From an uncultured Solirubrobacterales bacterium (GTDB taxonomy: Bacteria; Actinomycetota; Thermoleophilia; Solirubrobacterales; Solirubrobacteraceae), in NCBI GenBank assembly GCA_963808325.1, contig CAWEFU010000011.1, forward strand, positions 384,818-448,817: a DNA stretch of 64,000 bases, in the 5' to 3' direction. How positions within the stretch are numbered: position 1 is the stretch's first letter; each line of letters opens with the position of its first letter. A program made the position numbers and the translations under genes. The notes under the pieces are model-generated. The model was not told the origin of the DNA, made no database searches, and saw only the letters and a list, made by a program, of their open reading frames with translations. Of the stretch, positions 11,540-19,735 are shown one piece after another.

Positions 11540-13072
11540 CTAGCGGCGGGGTAGGTGGTAGATGTCGATCGTGCCGCTCGTGAGGTGGTCGTTGGCGTCC
11601 CCCACCGGGACGATCACGCGTCCGCCGGCGACGATCGGGCTGTTCCAGTGTCCCGAGCCGGCGCTAAGCGACGTCAGCTCGCGGCCGCTGGTCGGGTCGA
11701 ATACGTTGAGCGACCCGCTCGGGTTGTAGACGTACAGCAGGCCGCCGGCGAGCACCGGGCTGGTGCCGCCGGACCCGTTCTGCCAGGCGACGTGCAGGCG
11801 CGGCCTGGCGCCGCCCAGGATGTACGCCGAGGTTCCCGAATTGTCCGCCGCGAACACATAGATCCGGCCCCGGTGGGACCAGACCACGGGCGCAGTGAGC
11901 AGCTGGTCGGAACCCGGGGTGGGGATGTCCTGGAGCTCGCCGCCGAGACGGCTGGACGCGCCGGCGGTCCCGTTCAACCGGTCCAGGTCGAGCAGGTGGA
12001 AAGTCGAGTCCTTGCCGCCCTGTAGAGCCAAACGGCGTCCGTTCACCGCCGGCAGGACAGCGGGGGCACTGCTGCCCAGGTCACCGTCGGTCGCGTTCAG
12101 CCGGGCTTGGTAGGTCGGCGTCCAGTTGTGCAGCAAGCGCTTGCCGTCCGGGCTCAGCTCGAGCACGCTGTCGCCCCAGTCGGTCGAGCCGTTGAACGGA
12201 GCGTTCCCGGTCGCGATCAGGATGCGACGACTCCCGGGCTCGACGACCGCACCGGCGCGAGCCCAGATCGCTGAGTCGCTGGCGTGGCACGAGCTGGGCG
12301 GATCGAGCAGGTAGTGGACGTTTGAGCACAGCGAGTTCCACGCCGCCGTGATCCGACCGGTGGAGCGGTCGATCATCACGACGTGGCCCTGGTAAGGAGG
12401 CGCGTCGCCAACGTAGCCGCCGGTGGTGACGATCAGCGAGCCGCCGCTGATGTTCAGTGCGGCCGCGAGCTTCTCGCGGCTGGCGTCGAAGGTGATGCGC
12501 GCCGGCCAGTGAGCGGTGCGGTCCTCCCCGCCGGTCGCGACCGCCAGCTTGTGGATCAGTCCGTCGGGGCTGGCGGCGTAGACGAACCGCCGGTTGGGGT
12601 CGGCGATTGGCGTGGTGTTGGTGATCTGATAAGTGCCCTGGTAGGAGCCGATGCCCGGCGGCACGTACTCCCAGAGCCTGGCGCCCGTGCCGGGGTCAAG
12701 CGCAATCGTGCGGCCGTACGTCGTGGTCACCACGATCACGTCGCGCGACCGCCCGCGGATCCTGATCGCGTGCAGCTCGATCGGGGATGAGTCCACCGTG
12801 CCGTCGATCGCCACCTTGCGCAGGCGCAGCTGCCCGACGTTTCGCGCGGTGATTCCCGTGAGGGCCGGACCGACGCCGGAGCGCTGCGCGTCGTAGTCGA
12901 ACCGCAGCCAATCGGCGCCGGGAATCCGGGCGTCAGCGGACGCCGACGGGCTCGCCCCGGAGCCGCCCTCCTGGATCGAGCTGGTGACCGCCTGGCCGCT
13001 GCCGCAGCCGGCGAGCACGAATATGGCCGTGATCAGCAGGCCCCCGGCTCGGGCGCGTGTGGCCCGGGTCAC
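11540..13072 (-). CDS. PQQ-like beta-propeller lipoprotein
   Basis: Lipobox LAGC; repeated propeller motifs (ALDPGTGARLWEY, DGDLGSSAPAV, SPVLAGGLLYV). Confidence 0.8.
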   Translation of the reverse strand: MTRATRARAGGLLITAIFVLAGCGSGQAVTSSIQEGGSGASPSASADARIPGADWLRFDYDAQRSGVGPALTGITARNVGQLRLRKVAIDGTVDSSPIELHAIRIRGRSRDVIVVTTTYGRTIALDPGTGARLWEYVPPGIGSYQGTYQITNTTPIADPNRRFVYAASPDGLIHKLAVATGGEDRTAHWPARITFDASREKLAAALNISGGSLIVTTGGYVGDAPPYQGHVVMIDRSTGRITAAWNSLCSNVHYLLDPPSSCHASDSAIWARAGAVVEPGSRRILIATGNAPFNGSTDWGDSVLELSPDGKRLLHNWTPTYQARLNATDGDLGSSAPAVLPAVNGRRLALQGGKDSTFHLLDLDRLNGTAGASSRLGGELQDIPTPGSDQLLTAPVVWSHRGRIYVFAADNSGTSAYILGGARPRLHVAWQNGSGGTSPVLAGGLLYVYNPSGSLNVFDPTSGRELTSLSAGSGHWNSPIVAGGRVIVPVGDANDHLTSGTIDIYHLPRR

Positions 13073-13947
13073 GGCGTTTGCGGGACCCCCGGGAGCGAAC
13101 TGGCGGACGGGGGTGCCGGCGGCCGGGGGACTGACGCCGGCATGGAGCCCGGGACGGGCACCGGCATCGAGCCCGGGACGGGCACCGGCATCGAGCCCGG
13201 CACCGGCACGTGGACGGGCGCGGGAACCGGGGCGTTGTCGATGTGGGAGCTGACGGCTTGGAGGGCCTGGGCCGCGATCGGGCCCGCGGGACCGGGGACG
13301 TTTTGGACGGCCGAGGTGACAAGGCCCACCGCTCGGTCGATCAACCCCCGTGCGCTTGGAACGCCGGACGGCGCCGTCGTCGGGGAAGTTGGCTCAGAGA
13401 CGGGCGGTGGGGTGACGGCCGATCCGCTCGATGAACCGCTGCCCGACGGGCTCCCGCCCGAGCCGGTCGAGCCGGTCGAGCCGGTCGAAGTACCGCCACC
13501 GGAGGGGGTAGCAGTTCCGGGGGAGGCGCCGATCGGGCCTCCCACATGGGAGCTGAATCCTCCGCCTCCCGAACTTCCGCCACGGCCGAGCGCGCCCGTA
13601 CCCCCGCTGGCTGGCGTCGGGGATATCGGCGGCGGGATCGCGATCCCAATCGGAGTGGCCACGGCGGCAGGCACGGCGCCCGTCGCTTGGAGTGCGGCGA
13701 TCGCCGCCGCCGCGGCGGCGCCCTGTCCCACCGGGGTCAGCGAACTCGAGCGAGGTGCGCCGCGGCCGGGGGTCGACGCGGCCGGCGGGATCGAAGGTCC
13801 CGCGAACGCCTGCCCGAGCGTCCCGAGGCGCCCGAATGCGCCCGCCAGAGCGAGTGAGATCAGAGCGGCAATCATCGCCGCAGGGACGATCAGCGCCACC
13901 GCGGAGGCGCTCAACAACTGCCGCCTCCAGGCGCGGGCAAGTGTCAT
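13069..13947 (-). CDS. Gly/Ser/Pro-rich membrane-anchored or secreted hypothetical protein
   Basis: Hydrophobic N-terminus, low-complexity body, GTGA overlap with the propeller gene; start re-picked at ATG 13947. Confidence 0.6.
   Translation of the reverse strand: MTLARAWRRQLLSASAVALIVPAAMIAALISLALAGAFGRLGTLGQAFAGPSIPPAASTPGRGAPRSSSLTPVGQGAAAAAAIAALQATGAVPAAVATPIGIAIPPPISPTPASGGTGALGRGGSSGGGGFSSHVGGPIGASPGTATPSGGGTSTGSTGSTGSGGSPSGSGSSSGSAVTPPPVSEPTSPTTAPSGVPSARGLIDRAVGLVTSAVQNVPGPAGPIAAQALQAVSSHIDNAPVPAPVHVPVPGSMPVPVPGSMPVPVPGSMPASVPRPPAPPSASSLPGVPQTP
13139..13210. repeat. 24-bp tandem repeat x3 encoding (V)PVPGSMP
   Basis: ggcat[g/c]gagcccgggacgggcacc units at 13139, 13163, 13187; third unit diverged. 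Confidence 0.85.
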
Positions 13948-14057
13948 GCGCGCAATGTTAGCCCCAGGCCCGGGTCGGCCTCGCGGGCCGGCCGGCCGGG
14001 GGCGCGAGTACGATCCCTGCACTAGGGGTCACGTCACCGCTTCCCCGGTATTCGTGA

Positions 14058-16517
14058 ATGCAGCGCCTTTCGATTGCTCGTCTGCTCCGCCTGGCGCTCG
14101 TCGGGTTGACCGTCGCGCTGGCTGTGATCGCCGCACTGGGGATCGCAAGCCTGTACAACGCCCGCCAGCGGTATGAGAACACGCTGATCGCGAGTTCCTC
14201 GCTCGCCACGGCCACCGCGAACCTCCAGAGCGCAGGCATCGCCGAGGTGGAGGTGCTGCGCGACGCGCGGGGGCCGTTGGCCCCGGCCGCCCGGCGCCAA
14301 GCGTCCGCCGCGTATGCGACCGCGGCCGCGGAGGCCACGTCGCTGGCTCAATCGGATCCCATCAGCGCACGGCTCCTCAGCGCGCAGATCGCAGCCCAGT
14401 CGCGCGCTCGGGCCCTCGCCATCAGCGGGCGGTTCGTGGCGGCGAGCGCCCCCTCCGGGCCCCTCGCCGCCGCGCGCAACGCCGCGGCCGCGTTGCAGGC
14501 GCGCCAGTTCGCCAGACGCGAGGAGGGGCGGTCCAAGGCCCGTTCGGACTCGCGGCGCGCGATCATCCTGATCGCGATCGCGGGCCTGCTCGCGCTCGCC
14601 GGCGCACTGGCGCTGATCACGGCACTCGTGCGGGGTATGCGCCGGCCGCTCGACGACCTCGTGCGGGCGACACGCGGTCTGGCCTCCGGAGAGCTCGAGC
14701 GGCGGGTGCACGCGGCGGGGCCGCGCGAGCTCCAGGAGCTGGGCACGGCGTTCAACGCGATGGCCGACGATTTGTCCACGGCGCAGCGACGAATTGAGGA
14801 GGAACGCCACCGGCTCGCGGTCACGATCGAGAGCCTCGGGGACGCGCTGATCGTGACCGAACCAGGCTCGAGCACCATCGCTGCGGTCAACCCCCGCGTG
14901 TCGGAGCTCGTCCCCGAGTTGGCGGTCGGGGGCGACATCGACGCCGAGGATACCCCGCTCCCGCCGCTCGCCCAGGCGCTTCGCAAGGAGATGATCGTCG
15001 AGCACCACGGGCGGACGCTCGCCGTCACCGCCGCACCGCTCGGCACCGAGTCCGACGGGGTGGTGTGGACCGTGAGGGATATGAGCGAGCGGGCGCGGCT
15101 CGAGCGGGCCAAGAGCGAGTTCGTGGCGACGGCGTCGCACGAGCTGCGCAGCCCCCTGACCTCGATCAAGGGCTTCGTCGAGTTGCTTTCGCGCGCGCCG
15201 CAGAACATGTCCGAGCGCCAGCAGGAGTTCGTCGAGATCATCCTGAAGTCGACCGACCGTCTCGTGGACCTGGTCAACGACCTGCTCGACGTGGCCCGGA
15301 TCGACTCCGACCACGTGGAGATCAACCGCCGTCCGATCGACGTCGGCGAAGCCGTCCGGGAGGTCACCGAGTTGATCGGCCCGCGACTGGCGCAAAAGGG
15401 TCAGGACCTGGGCTTGTACATCGCCCCGATGCTTCCGTTCGCGCTGGCCGACCCCGCGCGGGTGCGCCAGATCGTCGCGAACCTACTCACGAATGCGCAT
15501 CTGTACACCGGGGAGGGGGGCAAGATCCACGTCGGAGTCGAGCCCGACCGCGCCTGGGTCGAGATCGTGGTGACTGACTCTGGCGTCGGGATGACCAAGG
15601 AGGAGACCGAGCGGGTGTTCGAGCGGTTCTACCGGGGGCGCAACGGCAGCGCGTCGAACCCCGGAACCGGGCTCGGCCTGTCGATCGTCAAGTCCCTGGT
15701 GGAGCTCCATCACGGCCAGATCGCGGTCGAGAGCGAACCGGGGCGGGGCAGCACGTTCCGGGTGCGGCTTCCCGCCGCCGTTCCGGGTCCCGAGTCCGGC
15801 CGCGCGCTGGCGGCGATTCGTGGTCGTCACGTGCTCGTGGTCGACGACGAACCCGAGATCGCGGAGCTGATCGCCGGCCAACTCGCTCCGCTCGACGTTC
15901 AGGTCACGATCGCCTCGAGCGGGGGCGAGGCGCTCGAGCGGTTGCGGGCCGAGCACTGCGACGCGGTCACGCTCGACATCCTGATGCCTGGCATGGACGG
16001 GTTCGAGGTCCTGCGCGAGATCCGTGCCGACCCGGAGTTGCGCAGCACCCCGATCGTGTTCGTGTCGGTGTTCTCGGGCCAGCGCGAGCTCGCCGGCGAG
16101 TGGATCGTGTCGAAGCCGATCGACGCGGATGAACTCCGCGACGTGCTCGGCGCCGCGGCGCACGCGGGCCGCTCGCGGGTCCTGGTGGTGGGGCGGCAGG
16201 AGATGCGACAGGTGCTCGAGCCCGCCCTCGACGAGCTCGGGATCGAGCACGAGTGGGAAACCTCCGGCCCCGCCGCTGCCCGGGTTTGCGCAGAGCGACG
16301 GTTCGAGGTCGCGCTCGTCGACGTCGGCGTCCGCAACCCCCAAGCCGTACTCCAGGCTCTGGATCTCCGCGGTAGGCGTCTGCGGCGCGTCGTGATCTTG
16401 TTCTCCGACGACCACACGCCGGCGCCGCCGGGAGTGAGGAGGCTGGGGATGGAGGTGGTCGCGGTCGAGGAGGCGGCCACCGCGGTCCTGGCGGCGCTGC
16501 GCGGCGACCGAGAGTAG
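14058..16517 (+). CDS. Hybrid sensor histidine kinase (HAMP-PAS-HisKA-HATPase-REC, degenerate second REC)
   Basis: ASHELRSPLTSI, NLLTNAHLY, DSGVGM, GTGLGLSIV, VLVVDDEPE, LDILMPGMDG. Confidence 0.93.
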   Translation: MQRLSIARLLRLALVGLTVALAVIAALGIASLYNARQRYENTLIASSSLATATANLQSAGIAEVEVLRDARGPLAPAARRQASAAYATAAAEATSLAQSDPISARLLSAQIAAQSRARALAISGRFVAASAPSGPLAAARNAAAALQARQFARREEGRSKARSDSRRAIILIAIAGLLALAGALALITALVRGMRRPLDDLVRATRGLASGELERRVHAAGPRELQELGTAFNAMADDLSTAQRRIEEERHRLAVTIESLGDALIVTEPGSSTIAAVNPRVSELVPELAVGGDIDAEDTPLPPLAQALRKEMIVEHHGRTLAVTAAPLGTESDGVVWTVRDMSERARLERAKSEFVATASHELRSPLTSIKGFVELLSRAPQNMSERQQEFVEIILKSTDRLVDLVNDLLDVARIDSDHVEINRRPIDVGEAVREVTELIGPRLAQKGQDLGLYIAPMLPFALADPARVRQIVANLLTNAHLYTGEGGKIHVGVEPDRAWVEIVVTDSGVGMTKEETERVFERFYRGRNGSASNPGTGLGLSIVKSLVELHHGQIAVESEPGRGSTFRVRLPAAVPGPESGRALAAIRGRHVLVVDDEPEIAELIAGQLAPLDVQVTIASSGGEALERLRAEHCDAVTLDILMPGMDGFEVLREIRADPELRSTPIVFVSVFSGQRELAGEWIVSKPIDADELRDVLGAAAHAGRSRVLVVGRQEMRQVLEPALDELGIEHEWETSGPAAARVCAERRFEVALVDVGVRNPQAVLQALDLRGRRLRRVVILFSDDHTPAPPGVRRLGMEVVAVEEAATAVLAALRGDRE

Positions 16518-16553
16518 CCCCGCGGTGGGTGGGACGAGGTAGCCTGATCGCCT

Positions 16554-17306
16554 GTGACGGTCCACAGCGAGACCGACCTGATCCGGGAGAACGAGCGTCT
16601 CCGGGCGGAGCTGGCACGCCGCGACGAGGAGGCGGCCGCCAAGGAACGCCAGCTCGAGCGTTACGCCGCCGACCTGCGTGACACGTTCAAACAGGAGCGC
16701 ACGCGGTCCCAGGAGCTCAGAAGCTCGTACACCGCGACGGTCCGGGCACTGTCGAACGCGGTCGAGGCGCGTGACGCGTACACGGGCAAGCACGCCGAGC
16801 GCGTCACCGCCTACGGGATGGAGATCGCGCGCGCGGTCGGGGTCTCGATCGCCGACACCCGCGAGCTCGAGTTCGGGTTCCTGCTGCACGACATCGGCAA
16901 GCTGGGAATCCCGGACGCGATTCTCTACAAGCCAGGCACCTTGAACGACAACGAGCGGGCGCTGATGACCCAGCACCCCGTGATCGGCGCGCAGATCGTG
17001 GACGACATCGAGTTTCTGGCGCCCGCGGCGCGGGTCGTGCGCTCTCATCACGAGCGCTGGGACGGAAACGGGTATCCCGACGGCCTCGCGGGTGAAGAGA
17101 TTCCCCTCGCCGCGCGGGTGTTCTCCGTCGCCGATGTGCTCGACGCGCTCACCACCGACCGCCCGTACCGGCACGCGTTGCCGCTGAGCAAGGCGCGGGA
17201 GATGATCGTCGCCGGTTCGGGGACGCAATTCGACCCGCGAGTCGTGGAGGCGTTCAGGTCCATCTCGGACCGCAGGCTCGAGCGCATCGCCGCTGAGATT
17301 CGATGA
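16554..17306 (+). CDS. HD-GYP domain phosphodiesterase
   Basis: LHDIGK, HHERWDGNGYPDGL, SVADVLDALTTDRPYR. Confidence 0.93.
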   Translation: MTVHSETDLIRENERLRAELARRDEEAAAKERQLERYAADLRDTFKQERTRSQELRSSYTATVRALSNAVEARDAYTGKHAERVTAYGMEIARAVGVSIADTRELEFGFLLHDIGKLGIPDAILYKPGTLNDNERALMTQHPVIGAQIVDDIEFLAPAARVVRSHHERWDGNGYPDGLAGEEIPLAARVFSVADVLDALTTDRPYRHALPLSKAREMIVAGSGTQFDPRVVEAFRSISDRRLERIAAEIR

Positions 17307-17707
17307 CCTCGAGTCCTCCGGGATCCCAGCGCCCAGGGCTCGGTGTGCTGATCGTCGACGACGATCGGTTCATCCGCAGGCTGATCGCGACCACGCTCGA
17401 GGACGTGGCCGACTTCGAGCTTCACGAGGCGTCGGATGGGTTGCAGGCGCTGGAGGTGGCGCGCCGCGAGCGTCCCTCGCTCGTCTTCCTCGACGTCGAC
17501 ATGCCCGGCCTCGACGGGATCGAGACCTGCCGGCGCCTCCGATCGGACGACGCGACCAGCGCCAGCACGATCGTGATGCTGACCGCAGCCCACGGCGACC
17601 GAGTCGTCGACCACGCCGAGCAGGCGGGCGCCGATCTGTTCCTGACCAAGCCGTTCAGTCCGCTGGAGCTCCTGCGGCTGGTCGATCAGCTGGGCGAACA
17701 GCGATGA
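17303..17707 (+). CDS. Single-domain CheY-like response regulator
   Basis: VLIVDDD, FLDVDMPGLDG, MLTA, FLTKPFSP. Confidence 0.92.
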   Translation: MTSSPPGSQRPGLGVLIVDDDRFIRRLIATTLEDVADFELHEASDGLQALEVARRERPSLVFLDVDMPGLDGIETCRRLRSDDATSASTIVMLTAAHGDRVVDHAEQAGADLFLTKPFSPLELLRLVDQLGEQR

Positions 17708-18660
17708 CCCGACGCGCCTGGCTGGCCTTCGCGGCGATGTCGCTGATCTGGGGCGTGCCCTACCTGTTCATCAAGATCGCGGTGGACGGCGGAGTCACGC
17801 CGCTCATGCTCGCCTGGGGGCGCGTCACGCTGGGGGCCTTGGTGCTGCTGGCCCTGGCGCGGCGGGCGGGGACGCTGGGGACGGTACGGGGGCACTGGCG
17901 CTGGTTGGCCGCGTACGCGATCGCCGAGATCTCGATTCCGTTTCCGCTGATCGCGTTCGGCGAGCAGCGTGTGGCCTCGTCCCTGGCGGCGATCATGATC
18001 GCGTCGGTGCCGCTGATCGGAGCGGTGCTGGCGATGCGCTTCGACCACTCTGAGCGACCCACGCCGGTGCGCGCGCTGGGGTTGGTGCTCGGCTTCGGTG
18101 GCGTCATCGTGCTCGTGGGAATCGACGTCGCCGGCCGCGCCGGTGAGCTCCTCGGCGCGGGGGCGATCCTGGTTGCGGCCGTCGGTTACGCGATCGGGCC
18201 CATGGTGGTCAAGCATCGCCTCGTGGGTCTCGACGCGCGGGCCACGATGGGCTCGAGCCTCGCGATCGCGTCGGTGGTCCTGCTCGCCGGCGCCGTGGTC
18301 GACCGGCCGCACCGAGTCCCTTCGGCCGGCGCGATCGCTGCGGTCGCCGTCCTCGGGCTGCTGTGCACCGCGGCCGCGTTTGTGATCTTCACGGTGCTGA
18401 TTCGCGAGGCCGGCACGAGCCGGGCCACGGTTATCACCTACATCAATCCCGTCGTTGCCGTCACGCTGGGCGTGGCGCTGCTCGGCGAGCGCCCGGGCGC
18501 CGGCGCGGTGGCCGGGTTGCTGCTGATTCTGGCCGGGTCGTGGCTGTCCACGGACGGGCGGGTGCCGCCGTCGCTGCGGCGGGCGGTGGCGGTGGTCCTG
18601 CGGTGGCGGGGCCGGCGTGAGGCAGCGGCCGAGCGATCGGTCGGGTGCGTGGAGGCGTAG
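17704..18660 (+). CDS. EamA/DMT-family transporter
   Basis: LIWGVPYLFIK, ITYINPVVAVTLG; about 10 TM segments. Confidence 0.92.
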   Translation: MTRRAWLAFAAMSLIWGVPYLFIKIAVDGGVTPLMLAWGRVTLGALVLLALARRAGTLGTVRGHWRWLAAYAIAEISIPFPLIAFGEQRVASSLAAIMIASVPLIGAVLAMRFDHSERPTPVRALGLVLGFGGVIVLVGIDVAGRAGELLGAGAILVAAVGYAIGPMVVKHRLVGLDARATMGSSLAIASVVLLAGAVVDRPHRVPSAGAIAAVAVLGLLCTAAAFVIFTVLIREAGTSRATVITYINPVVAVTLGVALLGERPGAGAVAGLLLILAGSWLSTDGRVPPSLRRAVAVVLRWRGRREAAAERSVGCVEA

Positions 18661-18689
18661 GACGCGTATCGGTTCCGCCGACAAAATCC

Positions 18690-18734
18690 AGCGTGGGCAA
18701 TACCTGCGTGTATTCCTTAGTTATTGCCCACGCT
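18690..18734. repeat. REP-like palindrome 1
   Basis: agcgtgggcaata (18690-18702) and tattgcccacgct (18722-18734) are perfect reverse complements. Confidence 0.75.
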
Positions 18735-18892
18735 CCGGCCCGCACCCCGGCCCGGCTCTGGCCCGGGACGCGTGAATCCGGGCCACGCTCCGGCCCGCAC
18801 CCCGGCCCGGCTCTGGCACGGGACGCGTGAATCCGGGCCACGCTCCGGCCCGCACCCCGGCCCGGCCCGGGACGGGACGCGTGAATCCGGGC
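18729..18892. repeat. 55-bp tandem repeat x3 (intergenic)
   Basis: Units cacgctccggcccgcaccccggcccgg...gacgcgtgaatccgggc start at 18729, 18784, 18839. Confidence 0.92.
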
Positions 18893-18927
18893 CGCGTGCC
18901 GGGCCGCCCTCGCCCTCCCGACGCAGG

Positions 18928-18967
18928 GTGGGAGATAACTGTCGCTTATGCGGTAGTTATTGCCCAC
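18928..18967. repeat. REP-like palindrome 2
   Basis: gtgggagataact...agttattgcccac hairpin; shares the 19-bp tagttattgcccacgctcc with palindrome 1. Confidence 0.72.
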
Positions 18968-18974
18968 GCTCCCG

Positions 18975-19020
18975 GGTGAGGGCGCATGCGGGTGAGGGCG
19001 CATGCGGTGAGGGCGCATGC
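18975..19020. repeat. 15-bp tandem repeat x3 (ggtgagggcgcatgc)
   Basis: Copies at 18975, 18991, 19006. Confidence 0.9.
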
Positions 19021-19060
19021 GGATCCGATCAGGCGGACTGGGGTGCGCCGGCGCGCGACC

Positions 19061-19288
19061 TCAGGAGACCTTAATCAGAACGATCGTGTTGATTGCAAAC
19101 GCCACGGCAAACGCGATCGTCCAGCGATTCAGGTTGCGCTCGACCAGCGATCCGCCGCCGAACGGTCCCGCGCCGGTGCCGACGCCGAAGGCGCCCGACA
19201 GGCCCGAGTCCTTGCCCGAGTGCATCAGGATCAAGAAGACCAGCACGACGCAGATGAAGACCTGTACGACGCCGAGGACGGTTGCCAT
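19061..19288 (-). CDS. secG: Preprotein translocase subunit SecG
   Basis: LILMHSGKDSGLSGAFG, SLVERNLNRWT; two TM segments. Confidence 0.93.
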   Translation of the reverse strand: MATVLGVVQVFICVVLVFLILMHSGKDSGLSGAFGVGTGAGPFGGGSLVERNLNRWTIAFAVAFAINTIVLIKVS

Positions 19289-19294
19289 GGCTAG

Positions 19295-19690
19295 CTACGG
19301 TAGCGCAGAGCCGCGATCTTCCGTGGCCGCGGCCGCGGCCCGATCGAGCGCCCGCAGGATCGCCAGCGCCTCCGCGCGCAGGGTCTGGTCGACCGCGTCG
19401 TAATCGGCGTCGGACAGCTTGCCGGTCCGATGGTCGAGCTCGGCGTCGCGAATCTCGCGGTACTTGGCGTCGCGGGCGGCCTCGAGCTCGGCGATCTCGG
19501 ACGCCGACGGCGCCTCGCCCTCGCCGTCGCCCGCCACCTGAACGTGGGCGGGGTCGGCGTGCCCGTTGCGCCGAGCTCCGTCGTCAGACGGCTCCGAGGA
19601 CGTTCGTGCGGCAGCGACCGCGCGCAGGGGCCCGCCAACCACGAACACCACCGCCGCCAGGATCGCGAAGATGATCAGGAACTCGAGCAC
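19295..19690 (-). CDS. Membrane-anchored protein resembling the CcmI/CycH N-terminal part
   Basis: N-terminal TM, then EIRDAELDHRTGKLSDADY; directly downstream of ccmF. Confidence 0.6.
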   Translation of the reverse strand: MLEFLIIFAILAAVVFVVGGPLRAVAAARTSSEPSDDGARRNGHADPAHVQVAGDGEGEAPSASEIAELEAARDAKYREIRDAELDHRTGKLSDADYDAVDQTLRAEALAILRALDRAAAAATEDRGSALP

Positions 19691-19735
19691 GTCGCTTCTC
19701 GGGCCACCGTCATCCGCTGCCGCCGCGCGCCGGCG

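Noticed and set aside
15483-17228. 581-aa minus-strand ORF
   Set aside because: Antisense shadow of the kinase and HD-GYP genes
18729-18892. Possible CRISPR array
   Set aside because: Units are contiguous with no unique spacers, and no cas genes are in the window
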